From Escherichia coli (GTDB lineage Bacteria; Pseudomonadota; Gammaproteobacteria; Enterobacterales; Enterobacteriaceae), in assembly GCF_003334305.1 (NCBI RefSeq), contig NZ_QOWS01000008.1: a stretch of 64,000 bases of DNA; one strand, 5' to 3'. The position numbers and the translations under genes are program-made. This document shows positions 12,899 through 29,861 of this stretch, piece after piece (the stretch's first letter is position 1; each line of letters opens with the position of its first letter). Below the pieces are notes generated by a model. That model saw only the letters and a program-made list of their open reading frames with translations. It did not search any database and was not told the DNA's origin.

Positions 12899-14983
12899 CT
12901 ACTTCTTCTTCGCTGCAGCTCTGCGCCGTCTGTCCAAATCCTTCAGCAACTTGTTCACGCCATCATCGGCAAACATCGTCTCAAGCGTTGCGGAAAGCTT
13001 GCGTCGCCAGTTTTTATACTGGTAACTGGTGCCAGGAATATTCACCGGTTCGGCCATATCCAGCCAGTCTTCCGGCTGTAGTCCTAACAGAGCACTGTTA
13101 CTGTCGGCAATGTAGCGCTGCAAACCACGGTTCAGCGTCGGCGTCATCGACATCAACGATGCCTTATGCCCGGCACGTTTTGGCAGACAACCATATTTAT
13201 GCAGTGCATCCAGCAGCCCTTGCTTCGCCAGTTCGCGATCCTGATACAGACCGCGCAGTACCACTTCATCCGGATACAGCCCCAGGGTTTTGCCCAGCGT
13301 TAGATCCCCGCTCTCCCAGTAACCGCGTAGCGTAGGCAGGTCATGTGTCGCCGCAACCGCCATCGACTGCTCCGGATACGCTTTCGGTGCACGGAACGTC
13401 TTCTCGTGGTCGTTTTCGAAATAGAGCACTTTGTAGGAGTACACACCGCTGCTGCGCAGCTTACCGACAATCTCTACCGGTACGGTACCGAGATCTTCAC
13501 CAATCACCATACAGCGATGACGTTTACTTTCGAGTGCCAGAATCGAGAGCAGATCATCCACCGGATAGTGAACATACGCGCCCTGATCTGCCGTCTCGCC
13601 ATACGGTATCCACCACAAACGCAGCATCGACATCACATGGTCAATTCGTAATGCGCCGCAGTTTTGCATATTGGCACGCAACAGCTCGATAAACGGTTCA
13701 TAGGCACGCGCGGTGATGATATGCGGGTCCATTGGCGGTAATCCCCAGTTCTGCCCCAACGGGCCGAGGATATCCGGCGGCGCGCCAACCGACGCTTTCA
13801 GGCAATATAGTTCACGGTCACACCAGGTTTCCGCCCCACCTTCCGCTACGCCAACCGCCAGATCACGATACAAGCCAATCGGCATTTCATAGCCCTGGCT
13901 TATCTCCCAGCAGGCGGCAAACTGGCTGTAAGCCAGCCACTGCAACCAGAGATAAAAATCGACGTCATTACGATGTTCTTCGCAGAACTGACGCACTTCT
14001 GGTGAATCCACGTTCTGATACATCTCTGGCCATGCAGGCCAGCCCCAGCGCATTTCGTCCTCTTTCACTTGCTGGGCATGTAGCGCATCAAAGGCTGCCT
14101 GCCAGAACAGGCTGTCGCCCTGCTCTGCAACAAACTGGCGAAACGCGGTCATCTGCTCATCATCACGTTGCGCGAAACCTTTCCACGCCATTCGTAATGC
14201 TGTCATTTTTAGGGCGGTAACCGTGGAGTAATCGACCCAGTCGGCATCGCGCGCCTGTTGCAGCGTCTGTTGCGTGGTCGGCAACTGCCACCAGGCCTGA
14301 GCCTCTTCGCTAAGATGGAAATCTTCAACGGCGTTAACGTCGATATAAATCACATTCAGCCAACGGCGAGAAGACGGGCTGTATGGGCTGGCACTCTCCG
14401 GATTTGCCGGATAGAGCGCATGAATCGGGTTCAGGCCGATGAACGACCCGCCACGTTTTGCCACATCCACCAGCATCGCTTTGAGATCGCCAAAATCCCC
14501 AATACCCCAGTTTTTTTCCGATCGCAGCGTATAAAGCTGAACGCAGGCACCCCACAGCTTTTGTTTATTCAGCAACGCCTGCGGTTCGTAACAGCGTTTC
14601 GGGGCGACAATCACCCGGCAATGCGCGCGCTGGTCGTCCTGGGTGAGTGTCAGCGTGTGATAACCTTCCGGCAGCTTCGTCGGTAGATTGAACGCTTTGC
14701 CCCCCGTTACATGGCCTTTGTACTGTGTTCCTTCTTCGGTGGTCAGCAGCCAGCTATATTCGCCGCTGCCCTCCACCACCATCGGCATTTTTTTGCCGCT
14801 GGTATAAACCATGACATTCGGGACTGGCGTTACCGCCACTTTCGTGGCGGTACGTTGATGCATCGCGTCAAGCAAACGCCGTTTGGTTTCGGCGCTAATC
14901 GACTGCGGTTTACCGTGGGCATTGATGTAATTGGGGCTAATCCCCGCCGCCAGCGCGGCATTATCCAGACGTTTGCTTTCCAT
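12899..14983 (-). CDS. malQ: 4-alpha-glucanotransferase (amylomaltase) MalQ (694 aa)
   Basis: 694-aa ORF MESKRLDNAALAAGISPNYINAHGKPQSIS..., GH77 family. Confidence 0.95.
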   Translation of the reverse strand: MESKRLDNAALAAGISPNYINAHGKPQSISAETKRRLLDAMHQRTATKVAVTPVPNVMVYTSGKKMPMVVEGSGEYSWLLTTEEGTQYKGHVTGGKAFNLPTKLPEGYHTLTLTQDDQRAHCRVIVAPKRCYEPQALLNKQKLWGACVQLYTLRSEKNWGIGDFGDLKAMLVDVAKRGGSFIGLNPIHALYPANPESASPYSPSSRRWLNVIYIDVNAVEDFHLSEEAQAWWQLPTTQQTLQQARDADWVDYSTVTALKMTALRMAWKGFAQRDDEQMTAFRQFVAEQGDSLFWQAAFDALHAQQVKEDEMRWGWPAWPEMYQNVDSPEVRQFCEEHRNDVDFYLWLQWLAYSQFAACWEISQGYEMPIGLYRDLAVGVAEGGAETWCDRELYCLKASVGAPPDILGPLGQNWGLPPMDPHIITARAYEPFIELLRANMQNCGALRIDHVMSMLRLWWIPYGETADQGAYVHYPVDDLLSILALESKRHRCMVIGEDLGTVPVEIVGKLRSSGVYSYKVLYFENDHEKTFRAPKAYPEQSMAVAATHDLPTLRGYWESGDLTLGKTLGLYPDEVVLRGLYQDRELAKQGLLDALHKYGCLPKRAGHKASLMSMTPTLNRGLQRYIADSNSALLGLQPEDWLDMAEPVNIPGTSYQYKNWRRKLSATLETMFADDGVNKLLKDLDRRRRAAAKKK

Positions 14984-14992
14984 CGAGCTTCC

Positions 14993-17410
<2,418 letters not shown>

Positions 17411-17454
17411 TCAACACAACGTTATCGCTAGTTTGCCAGGCTCGATGTTGACCT

Positions 17455-17500
17455 TCCTCATCCTGCGGGGGATTAGGCAGGGAGGAGTTGCGGGGATGAG
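17455..17500 (-). promoter_or_regulatory. Candidate MalT boxes of the malPQ promoter
   Basis: Several GGATGA / GGAGGA hexamers (MalT-box consensus GGA[TG]GA) on both strands, 70-110 bp upstream of malP. Confidence 0.4.
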
Positions 17501-17991
17501 CAAGGAAATGTGATCTCAACCACTTAAAGCTAGTGCAAACCACAGGATTAGCAGCAAATCAATGCAATACAGCGCAGAAAATCTGTATCTAAGTGCAAAA
17601 AATGGCCGTTGCGTATTTTCAAAAAGCGGAAGGTAACTCTATAAATTAAGTAAAGGAGTGAAACAGTTTCATAAGTAAAATATCCAGTGTGCTCCATCTC
17701 ATTCTTAATAGATTTATTAAGATCATCTTTTTAGATGGCACTTTCATCAGGAATGAAGAAGAAACCCTTGCTTAAATGAATCTGATGAACATAAGGGAAA
17801 CCAGTATTCACGCTGGATCAGCGTCGTTTTAGGTGAGTTGTTAATAAAGATTTGGAATTGTGACACAGTGCAAATTCAGACACATAAAAAAACGTCATCG
17901 CTTGCATTAGAAAGGTTTCTGGCCGACCTTATAACCATTAATTACGAAGCGCAAAAAAAATAATATTTCCTCATTTTCCACAGTGAAGTGA

Positions 17992-20703
<2,712 letters not shown>

Positions 20704-20709
20704 GTTTAG

Positions 20710-20740
20710 CCGGATAATGCATTGGATCCGGTTTACATCT
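20710..20740. terminator. Hairpin between convergent malT and rtcA
   Basis: CCGGATAATGCATTGGATCCGG followed by TTTACATCTTT. Confidence 0.4.
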
Positions 20741-20745
20741 TTACA

Positions 20746-21765
<1,020 letters not shown>

Positions 21766-22992
21766 TTATCCTTTTACGCACACCACCTGACGCAGGGTAT
21801 AGATAACTTCCACCAGATCGCTTTGTGCCGCCATCACCGCATCAATATCTTTATACGCCATCGGGATTTCGTCGATCACTTCGGCATCTTTACGGCATTC
21901 CACATGCGCGGTGGCACGAATTTGATCTTCCACGCTGAACAGTTTTTTCGCTTTAGTACGGCTCATTACCCGCCCGGCACCGTGGCTGCACGAACAGAAC
22001 GACTCTTCATTTCCCAGCCCACGGACGATAAAGCTTTTCGCTCCCATCGAACCGGGAATAATTCCATATTGACCAGCACGCGCAGACACCGCGCCTTTAC
22101 GCGTCACGTAGATCTCTTCGCCAAAGTGCTGTTCTTTTTGCACATAGTTGTGGTGACAGTTGATCTCTTCCATCGCCAGCGTTTGCTGTTGTCTTACCGT
22201 TTTCTGCGTAACGCTCTGCAACGCTGTTACTACGTTTTCCATCATTGCATCGCGGTTAAGGCTGGCAAAAAGCTGCGCCCAGGCCACCGCTTTCAGGTAA
22301 TCATCAAAGTATTCCGTACCTTCCATAAAGTACGCCAGATCACGCGACGGCAACGTTTCAAGCTGGTCCTGCATCTCTTTTTGCGCCAGATCGATAAAGT
22401 AAGTCCCGATGGCGTTACCAATTCCGCGTGAACCGGAGTGCAGCATAATCCACACCTGATCCGACTCATCAAGACAGATTTCAATAAAATGGTTACCCGT
22501 TCCCAGCGTTCCCAGATGTTTATAGTTATTGGTATTCAGGAAACGCGGATATTTTTGCGTTAACCACTGATAACCGGCTTCCAGCTCAGCCCATTTAGCA
22601 TCGACGTTAACAGGTGGATTTTCCCAGGCACCTTTATCACGTTTACAACGGCCAGTGGTACGCCCGTGCGGCACGGCCGTTTCAATCGCCTGACGCAGCT
22701 CTGCCAGGTTTTCAGGCAGGTCTTCCGCCGTTAACGCGGTACGCAGCGCGTTCATTCCACAGCCAATATCCACGCCCACCGCCGCCGGAATAATCGCCCC
22801 TTTGGTCGGGATCACGCTACCAATGGTGGAACCTTTACCCAGGTGTACATCAGGCATTACCGCAATATGTTTGAAAATAAACGGCATCTTCGCCGTATTA
22901 ATAAGTTGCTGACGCGCATCGGCTTCTACCGGCACGCCTTTGGTCCACATTTTTACCGGGGCATTTTCAGTGGGCAGTAATTCGTAATTCAT
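21766..22992 (-). CDS. rtcB: RNA-splicing ligase RtcB (408 aa)
   Basis: 408-aa ORF MNYELLPTENAPVKMWTKGVPVEADARQQL... with conserved RtcB metal/GTP-binding histidine and cysteine residues. Confidence 0.95.
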   Translation of the reverse strand: MNYELLPTENAPVKMWTKGVPVEADARQQLINTAKMPFIFKHIAVMPDVHLGKGSTIGSVIPTKGAIIPAAVGVDIGCGMNALRTALTAEDLPENLAELRQAIETAVPHGRTTGRCKRDKGAWENPPVNVDAKWAELEAGYQWLTQKYPRFLNTNNYKHLGTLGTGNHFIEICLDESDQVWIMLHSGSRGIGNAIGTYFIDLAQKEMQDQLETLPSRDLAYFMEGTEYFDDYLKAVAWAQLFASLNRDAMMENVVTALQSVTQKTVRQQQTLAMEEINCHHNYVQKEQHFGEEIYVTRKGAVSARAGQYGIIPGSMGAKSFIVRGLGNEESFCSCSHGAGRVMSRTKAKKLFSVEDQIRATAHVECRKDAEVIDEIPMAYKDIDAVMAAQSDLVEVIYTLRQVVCVKG

Positions 22993-23030
22993 TTTGTTTT
23001 TCTCTTTTCGTTGTTTGCTGTCGTGATAAT

Positions 23031-23047
23031 TGCAACCGTCGTGCCAG
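23031..23047 (-). promoter_or_regulatory. sigma54 (-24/-12) promoter of rtcBA
   Basis: Minus-strand sequence CTGGCACGACGGTTGCAA is a perfect TGGCAC-N5-TTGCA element, about 40 bp upstream of the rtcB ATG. Confidence 0.8.
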
Positions 23048-23180
23048 AAAATTAAATAAGCAGATTAATTTTTTAATTCATTGTTTTTAAATAGGTTAAA
23101 TCTTTACGTCCGTAAACGGAGATTTTCCACAAAACCAATTCACCGATAATGAAATATCGTCTTTTATAAGGATATCTAAG

Positions 23181-24779
23181 ATGCGTAAAACAGTGGCTTT
23201 TGGCTTTGTCGGTACCGTGCTGGATTATGCCGGACGCGGCAGTCAGCGCTGGTCGAAATGGCGTCCGACGCTTTGTTTATGCCAGCAAGAATCGTTAGTC
23301 ATCGATCGGCTGGAATTGTTGCACGACACCCGCTCGCGCTCGCTATTCGAAACGCTTAAACGCGATATCGCCAGCGTTTCGCCAGAAACAGAAGTCGTGG
23401 GCGTTGAGATTGAACTGCATAACCCGTGGGATTTCGAAGAGGTTTACGCCTGCCTGCATGATTTCGCCCGTGGTTACGAGTTTCAGCCAGAAAAAGAAGA
23501 CTATTTAATTCACATCACCACCGGCACCCACGTCGCGCAGATTTGCTGGTTTCTGCTGGCGGAAGCGCGTTACCTGCCCGCCCGGCTGATACAATCTTCA
23601 CCTCCGCGCAAAAAAGAACAGCCGCGCGGCGCAGGTGAAGTGACGATTATCGATCTCGATTTAAGCCGTTATAACGCCATCGCCAGCCGCTTTGCCGAGG
23701 AACGCCAGCAAACGCTTGATTTTCTTAAGTCCGGCATTGCCACGCGTAACCCCCACTTCAACCGCATGATTGAGCAGATCGAAAAAGTGGCGATCAAATC
23801 CCGCGCGCCGATTCTGCTTAACGGTCCAACCGGCGCGGGCAAGTCATTTCTGGCGCGACGCATCTTCGAGTTAAAACAGGCGCGGCATCAGTTTAGCGGC
23901 GCGTTTGTGGAAGTGAACTGCGCCACCCTGCGCGGCGATACCGCCATGTCGACGCTGTTTGGTCATGTAAAAGGCGCGTTTACCGGGGCGCGGGAATCTC
24001 GTGAAGGTTTATTACGCAGCGCCAACGGCGGAATGTTGTTTCTTGATGAGATTGGCGAACTGGGCGCAGACGAACAAGCAATGCTGCTAAAAGCCATTGA
24101 AGAGAAAACCTTTTACCCGTTTGGCAGCGATCGCCAGGTGAGCAGTGATTTTCAGCTTATCGCCGGAACGGTGCGCGATTTGCGCCAGCTGGTTGCCGAA
24201 GGCAAATTTCGCGAAGATCTGTACGCGCGGATCAATCTCTGGACCTTCACCCTGCCGGGTCTACGCCAGCGCCAGGAAGATATTGAACCGAACCTTGATT
24301 ATGAAGTGGAGCGCCACGCCACACTCACTGGCGACAGCGTGCGTTTTAACACCGAAGCGCGGCGCGCCTGGTTGGCTTTTGCGACCTCTCCCCAGGCAAC
24401 ATGGCGCGGTAACTTTCGCGAACTTTCTGCCAGCGTCACGCGGATGGCCACCTTTGCCACTAGCGGACGCATCACTCTGGACGTGGTTGAAGATGAGATA
24501 AACCGTCTGCGCTATAACTGGCAGGAGAGCCGCCCCTCCGCGCTTACGGCGTTGCTGGGCACAGAGGCAGAAAACATCGACCTTTTTGACAGGCTGCAAC
24601 TGGAACACGTGATAGCTCTCTGTCGCCAGGCAAAGTCGCTTTCCGCTGCCGGACGCCTGCTTTTTGATGTTTCGCGCCAGGGCAAAGCCAGCGTCAATGA
24701 CGCGGATCGGCTACGCAAATACCTGGCGCGTTTTGGTCTGACGTGGGAAGCCGTGCAGGATCAGCACAGCTCCAGTTGA
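23181..24779 (+). CDS. rtcR: sigma54-dependent activator RtcR (532 aa), N-terminal CARF-like domain plus AAA+ domain
   Basis: 532-aa [23 protein letters not shown]... with an AAA+ sigma54-interaction domain ([24 protein letters not shown]). Divergent from rtcBA. Confidence 0.93.
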   Translation: MRKTVAFGFVGTVLDYAGRGSQRWSKWRPTLCLCQQESLVIDRLELLHDTRSRSLFETLKRDIASVSPETEVVGVEIELHNPWDFEEVYACLHDFARGYEFQPEKEDYLIHITTGTHVAQICWFLLAEARYLPARLIQSSPPRKKEQPRGAGEVTIIDLDLSRYNAIASRFAEERQQTLDFLKSGIATRNPHFNRMIEQIEKVAIKSRAPILLNGPTGAGKSFLARRIFELKQARHQFSGAFVEVNCATLRGDTAMSTLFGHVKGAFTGARESREGLLRSANGGMLFLDEIGELGADEQAMLLKAIEEKTFYPFGSDRQVSSDFQLIAGTVRDLRQLVAEGKFREDLYARINLWTFTLPGLRQRQEDIEPNLDYEVERHATLTGDSVRFNTEARRAWLAFATSPQATWRGNFRELSASVTRMATFATSGRITLDVVEDEINRLRYNWQESRPSALTALLGTEAENIDLFDRLQLEHVIALCRQAKSLSAAGRLLFDVSRQGKASVNDADRLRKYLARFGLTWEAVQDQHSSS

Positions 24780-25519
24780 ATATGATGGTCCGTCAGCACC
24801 TGCATTACGCTTACTGGCGGCGGGGCGTCGGTGTAGACGGCATCTACCATGCTGATGCTGCCCATATTGACCATCGCGTTACGGCCAAATTTCGAGTGAT
24901 CGACAACCAGCATAACGTGGCGCGAGTTCTCAATAATGGCGCGCTTGGTGCGAACTTCGTGGTAATCGAACTCCAGCAACGAGCCGTCGCTATCGATGCC
25001 GCTTATCCCCAGAATGCCGAAATCAAGGCGGAACTGGGAGATAAAATCGAGCGTCGCTTCGCCAATGATCCCGCCATCGCGGCTGCGTAATTCGCCACCG
25101 GCGAGAATAATGCGGAAATCTTCTTTTACCATCAACGTGTTAGCAACATTGAGATTGTTGGTGACAATACGCAAATTGCTGTGATTAAGCAGCGCGTGCG
25201 CCACCGCTTCCGGCGTGGTGCCGATATCGATAAACAGTGTCGAGCCGTTGGGGATTTGCTCCGCCACTTTGCGGGCAATCCTCTCTTTTTCTTCGGTCTG
25301 GGTGGCTTTGCGATCGTGCCACGGCGTGTTAACCGAACTGGAAGGCAGCGCCGCACCGCCATGGTGACGCAGGATCAGGTTTTGCTCCGCCAGCTCATTG
25401 AGGTCGCGGCGAATAGTCTGCGGGCTGACGGAGAAATGCTCTACCAGCTCTTCAGTACTGACATAACCCTGCTGTTTAACCAGTTCGATAATACCGTTGT
25501 GACGTTGTGTTTGTTTCAT
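24761..25519 (-). CDS. glpR: DeoR-family glycerol-3-phosphate regulon repressor GlpR (252 aa)
   Basis: 252-aa ORF MKQTQRHNGIIELVKQQGYVSTEELVEHFSVSPQTIRRDL.... Its 3' end overlaps the rtcR 3' end by 19 nt (convergent). Confidence 0.93.
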   Translation of the reverse strand: MKQTQRHNGIIELVKQQGYVSTEELVEHFSVSPQTIRRDLNELAEQNLILRHHGGAALPSSSVNTPWHDRKATQTEEKERIARKVAEQIPNGSTLFIDIGTTPEAVAHALLNHSNLRIVTNNLNVANTLMVKEDFRIILAGGELRSRDGGIIGEATLDFISQFRLDFGILGISGIDSDGSLLEFDYHEVRTKRAIIENSRHVMLVVDHSKFGRNAMVNMGSISMVDAVYTDAPPPVSVMQVLTDHHIQLELC

Positions 25520-25535
25520 TTATAAATCCCTGGAA

Positions 25536-26378
<843 letters not shown>

Positions 26379-26410
26379 TTATTCCACACAAAAGGGGACA
26401 GTATAAAGCG

Positions 26411-26815
<405 letters not shown>

Positions 26816-26875
26816 TTATACATATCACTCTAAAATGTTTTTTCAATGTTACCTAAAGCGCGATTCTTTGCTAAT

Positions 26876-26893
26876 ATGTTCGATAACGAACAT
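26876..26893. promoter_or_regulatory. GlpR operator palindrome in the glpD / glpEGR divergent control region
   Basis: Perfect inverted repeat ATGTTCGATAACGAACAT about 35 bp upstream of the glpD ATG, with a related half-site just downstream (TTTAACGAAAGTGA). Confidence 0.6.
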
Positions 26894-26926
26894 TTATGAG
26901 CTTTAACGAAAGTGAATGAGGGCAGC

Positions 26927-28432
26927 ATGGAAACCAAAGATCTGATTGTGATAGGTGGCGGCATCAATGGTGCTGGTATCGCGGCAGACGCCGCTGGACG
27001 CGGTTTATCCGTGCTGATGCTGGAGGCGCAGGATCTCGCTTGCGCGACCTCTTCCGCCAGTTCAAAACTCATTCACGGTGGCCTGCGCTACCTTGAGCAC
27101 TATGAATTCCGCCTGGTCAGCGAGGCGCTGGCTGAACGTGAAGTGCTGCTGAAAATGGCTCCGCATATCGCCTTCCCGATGCGTTTTCGCCTGCCACATC
27201 GTCCGCATCTGCGCCCGGCGTGGATGATTCGGATTGGTCTGTTTATGTACGATCATCTGGGTAAACGCACCAGCCTGCCGGGATCAACCGGTTTGCGTTT
27301 TGGCGCAAACTCAGTGTTAAAACCGGAAATTAAGCGCGGATTCGAATATTCTGACTGTTGGGTAGACGACGCCCGTCTGGTACTCGCCAACGCCCAGATG
27401 GTGGTGCGTAAAGGCGGCGAAGTGCTTACTCGGACTCGCGCCACCTCTGCTCGCCGCGAAAACGGCCTGTGGATTGTGGAAGCGGAAGATATCGATACCG
27501 GCAAAAAATATAGCTGGCAAGCGCGCGGTCTGGTTAACGCCACCGGCCCGTGGGTGAAACAGTTCTTCGACGAGGGGATGCATCTGCCTTCGCCTTATGG
27601 CATTCGCCTGATCAAAGGCAGCCATATTGTGGTGCCGCGTGTGCATACCCAGAAGCAGGCCTACATTCTGCAAAACGAAGATAAACGTATTGTGTTCGTG
27701 ATCCCGTGGATGGACGAATTTTCCATCATCGGCACCACCGACGTAGAGTATAAAGGCGATCCGAAAGCGGTGAAGATTGAAGAGAGTGAAATCAACTACC
27801 TGCTGAAAGTGTATAACGCGCACTTTAAAAAGCAGCTAAGCCGTGACGATATCGTCTGGACCTACTCCGGTGTGCGTCCGCTGTGTGATGATGAGTCCGA
27901 CTCGCCGCAAGCCATTACCCGTGATTACACCCTTGATATCCATGATGAAAACGGCAAAGCACCGCTGCTGTCGGTATTCGGCGGTAAGCTGACCACCTAC
28001 CGCAAACTGGCGGAACATGCGCTGGAAAAACTGACGCCGTATTATCAGGGCATTGGCCCGGCGTGGACGAAAGAGAGCGTGCTGCCGGGTGGTGCCATTG
28101 AAGGCGACCGCGACGATTACGCCGCTCGCCTGCGCCGCCGTTACCCGTTCCTGACTGAATCGCTGGCGCGTCATTACGCACGCACTTACGGCAGCAACAG
28201 CGAGCTGCTGCTCGGCAATGCGGGGGCGATAAGCGACCTCGGGGAGGATTTCGGTCATGAGTTCTACGAAGCGGAACTGAAATACCTGGTGGATCACGAA
28301 TGGGTCCGCCGCACCGACGATGCCCTTTGGCGTCGCACAAAACAAGGCATGTGGCTGAATGCGGATCAACAATCTCGTGTGAGTCAGTGGCTGGTGGAAT
28401 ATACGCAGCAGAAGTTGTCGCTGGCGTCGTAA
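26927..28432 (+). CDS. glpD: Aerobic glycerol-3-phosphate dehydrogenase GlpD (501 aa)
   Basis: Track ORF 26912..28432; the internal ATG at 26927 gives METKDLIVIGGGINGAGIAADAAGRG... (FAD-binding GxGxxG). Confidence 0.95.
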   Translation: METKDLIVIGGGINGAGIAADAAGRGLSVLMLEAQDLACATSSASSKLIHGGLRYLEHYEFRLVSEALAEREVLLKMAPHIAFPMRFRLPHRPHLRPAWMIRIGLFMYDHLGKRTSLPGSTGLRFGANSVLKPEIKRGFEYSDCWVDDARLVLANAQMVVRKGGEVLTRTRATSARRENGLWIVEAEDIDTGKKYSWQARGLVNATGPWVKQFFDEGMHLPSPYGIRLIKGSHIVVPRVHTQKQAYILQNEDKRIVFVIPWMDEFSIIGTTDVEYKGDPKAVKIEESEINYLLKVYNAHFKKQLSRDDIVWTYSGVRPLCDDESDSPQAITRDYTLDIHDENGKAPLLSVFGGKLTTYRKLAEHALEKLTPYYQGIGPAWTKESVLPGGAIEGDRDDYAARLRRRYPFLTESLARHYARTYGSNSELLLGNAGAISDLGEDFGHEFYEAELKYLVDHEWVRRTDDALWRRTKQGMWLNADQQSRVSQWLVEYTQQKLSLAS

Positions 28433-28440
28433 GGATGATG

Positions 28441-28470
28441 CCCGGTTGAAGTGCAACCGGGCTATTTGGA
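28441..28470. terminator. Hairpin downstream of glpD, between glpD and the convergent unknown operon
   Basis: CCCGGTTGAAGTGCAACCGGG followed by CTATTTGG. Could serve both convergent units. Confidence 0.4.
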
Positions 28471-28483
28471 TTCCTTAGACTAT

Positions 28484-29089
28484 TCATTGTAAATAATTGA
28501 ATAACGGCCCCTGAGCTAAAATCGCCAAACTTAAGCACGTTACCCAATCGCCCCACTTCTTCCTCTGGTTTCTATTTTTTCTGCACCAATGGCAATAATA
28601 TCCCCATGCAAAACCAAGCTGTGCACTAATCGGGCCGACAAAATCAGTCCAAGGCTGCGGCCAAAAAGGGGAAAAATTCAGGGGAGGCCAGACAAACGTC
28701 AGAAAGAAATTTCGGATATTTTCCAGCAACGCTGATTTCTCTGGAGAAATATAAAGAATGAAATTCGAGAGAATTAACCAGAAATAGACCGGCGAAAAGA
28801 CCAGCCAGCAATGCAGTCTGTTTTTTAATTCAGGAGGCGTTCTGCGGGAGAATTGCCAACCGATGCCAGCCATTACACTGAAAAAAAGTGCATATTCAAC
28901 CATTAACTCAAGTTGTAATTCCTGAAGAGAAATACGCACAACCAGGAGCGGAAAGGAGAATATTATTTCTGCCAGAAAAGTTAACGTGAATATAAGTACG
29001 GCTAAGACAATAACCGTCGGCCATACCAATAATGGCACGATAACAAAACCGAGAATTACAGGGGGAATATAAAGCCGGAATTTAATCAT
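28484..29089 (-). CDS. Hypothetical small polytopic membrane protein (201 aa), last gene of the unknown four-gene operon
   Basis: ATG start; 201-aa ORF MIKFRLYIPPVILGFVIVPLLVWPTVIVLAVLIF... with about 4-5 hydrophobic spans and a basic C-terminal segment (WCRKNRNQRKKW). The start lies 2 nt after the stop of the upstream gene. I do not recognise a family. Confidence 0.55.
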   Translation of the reverse strand: MIKFRLYIPPVILGFVIVPLLVWPTVIVLAVLIFTLTFLAEIIFSFPLLVVRISLQELQLELMVEYALFFSVMAGIGWQFSRRTPPELKNRLHCWLVFSPVYFWLILSNFILYISPEKSALLENIRNFFLTFVWPPLNFSPFWPQPWTDFVGPISAQLGFAWGYYCHWCRKNRNQRKKWGDWVTCLSLAILAQGPLFNYLQ

Positions 29090-29091
29090 TT

Positions 29092-29859
29092 TTATTTTCC
29101 TGGTGATTCGGATGATGCGTCATACATCGCGCATAAACACTCATCAATTATCCAGTCATCTTCCCAGACCTGATATTCTGTCATTGGTTCGGGCTGTTTT
29201 AGCGGATTCTCAATCGCTTGCCGCGCTCTTTCTTTCAGTAAAGGATGATTATTTCTAGCCCAGGCATTGATTTGGGTGGTAATGACGTTATCGATATCGT
29301 CCTGGTTATCTCTGATATAATCCTCACAATATCTGTTCAATAAACAGGCAAGAGAAACGGTCGACCAAAAGCCGGGAACTGAATTAATGGCATCCAGCAA
29401 TGGCGCAAGAGCGATATCGGCACGGAAAAACATTTCCAGCATATACTGTAATTCGACAGCTTCATCGCCGGATACCCAATCAGTCATATACTGGCAGGCA
29501 AATCGCTGTAAAATTGCCCGTTCATCCGCACGCCAGTTTTCTTTACTGGCAAGGTTTATACGCCGTAGAGAAAAAACTACGTGAATATTGTCAAAATGCC
29601 CCTGTGCAACAAATTCCAGTAAACGCGGCAGAAAATAGCGGACCTCATCGCTATTTTGCGGATCAGGCCCTGGGCTACTATTCCAGGCATTGATTAAGGA
29701 ATACGGGATCGCTCGTAACGATGTACTCCGTAATGCCTTTTGTTCCTGCTGACTCAGGCAATATTCACAACAAACCACAAATTTCTGCGGCACCTGATAA
29801 CGACGAAAGGTGTGATAAATCTGCTCAATTAATGCCTGCATGGCGGGGCTGGGTTGCAT
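29092..29859 (-). CDS. Hypothetical soluble acidic protein (255 aa), third gene of the unknown operon
   Basis: ATG start; MQPSPAMQALIEQIYHTFRRYQVPQKFVVCCEYCLSQQEQ... with Cys motifs (CCEYC, DECLC). Its stop is 2 nt from the next start. No recognisable family. Confidence 0.55.
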   Translation of the reverse strand: MQPSPAMQALIEQIYHTFRRYQVPQKFVVCCEYCLSQQEQKALRSTSLRAIPYSLINAWNSSPGPDPQNSDEVRYFLPRLLEFVAQGHFDNIHVVFSLRRINLASKENWRADERAILQRFACQYMTDWVSGDEAVELQYMLEMFFRADIALAPLLDAINSVPGFWSTVSLACLLNRYCEDYIRDNQDDIDNVITTQINAWARNNHPLLKERARQAIENPLKQPEPMTEYQVWEDDWIIDECLCAMYDASSESPGK

Positions 29860-29861
29860 AG

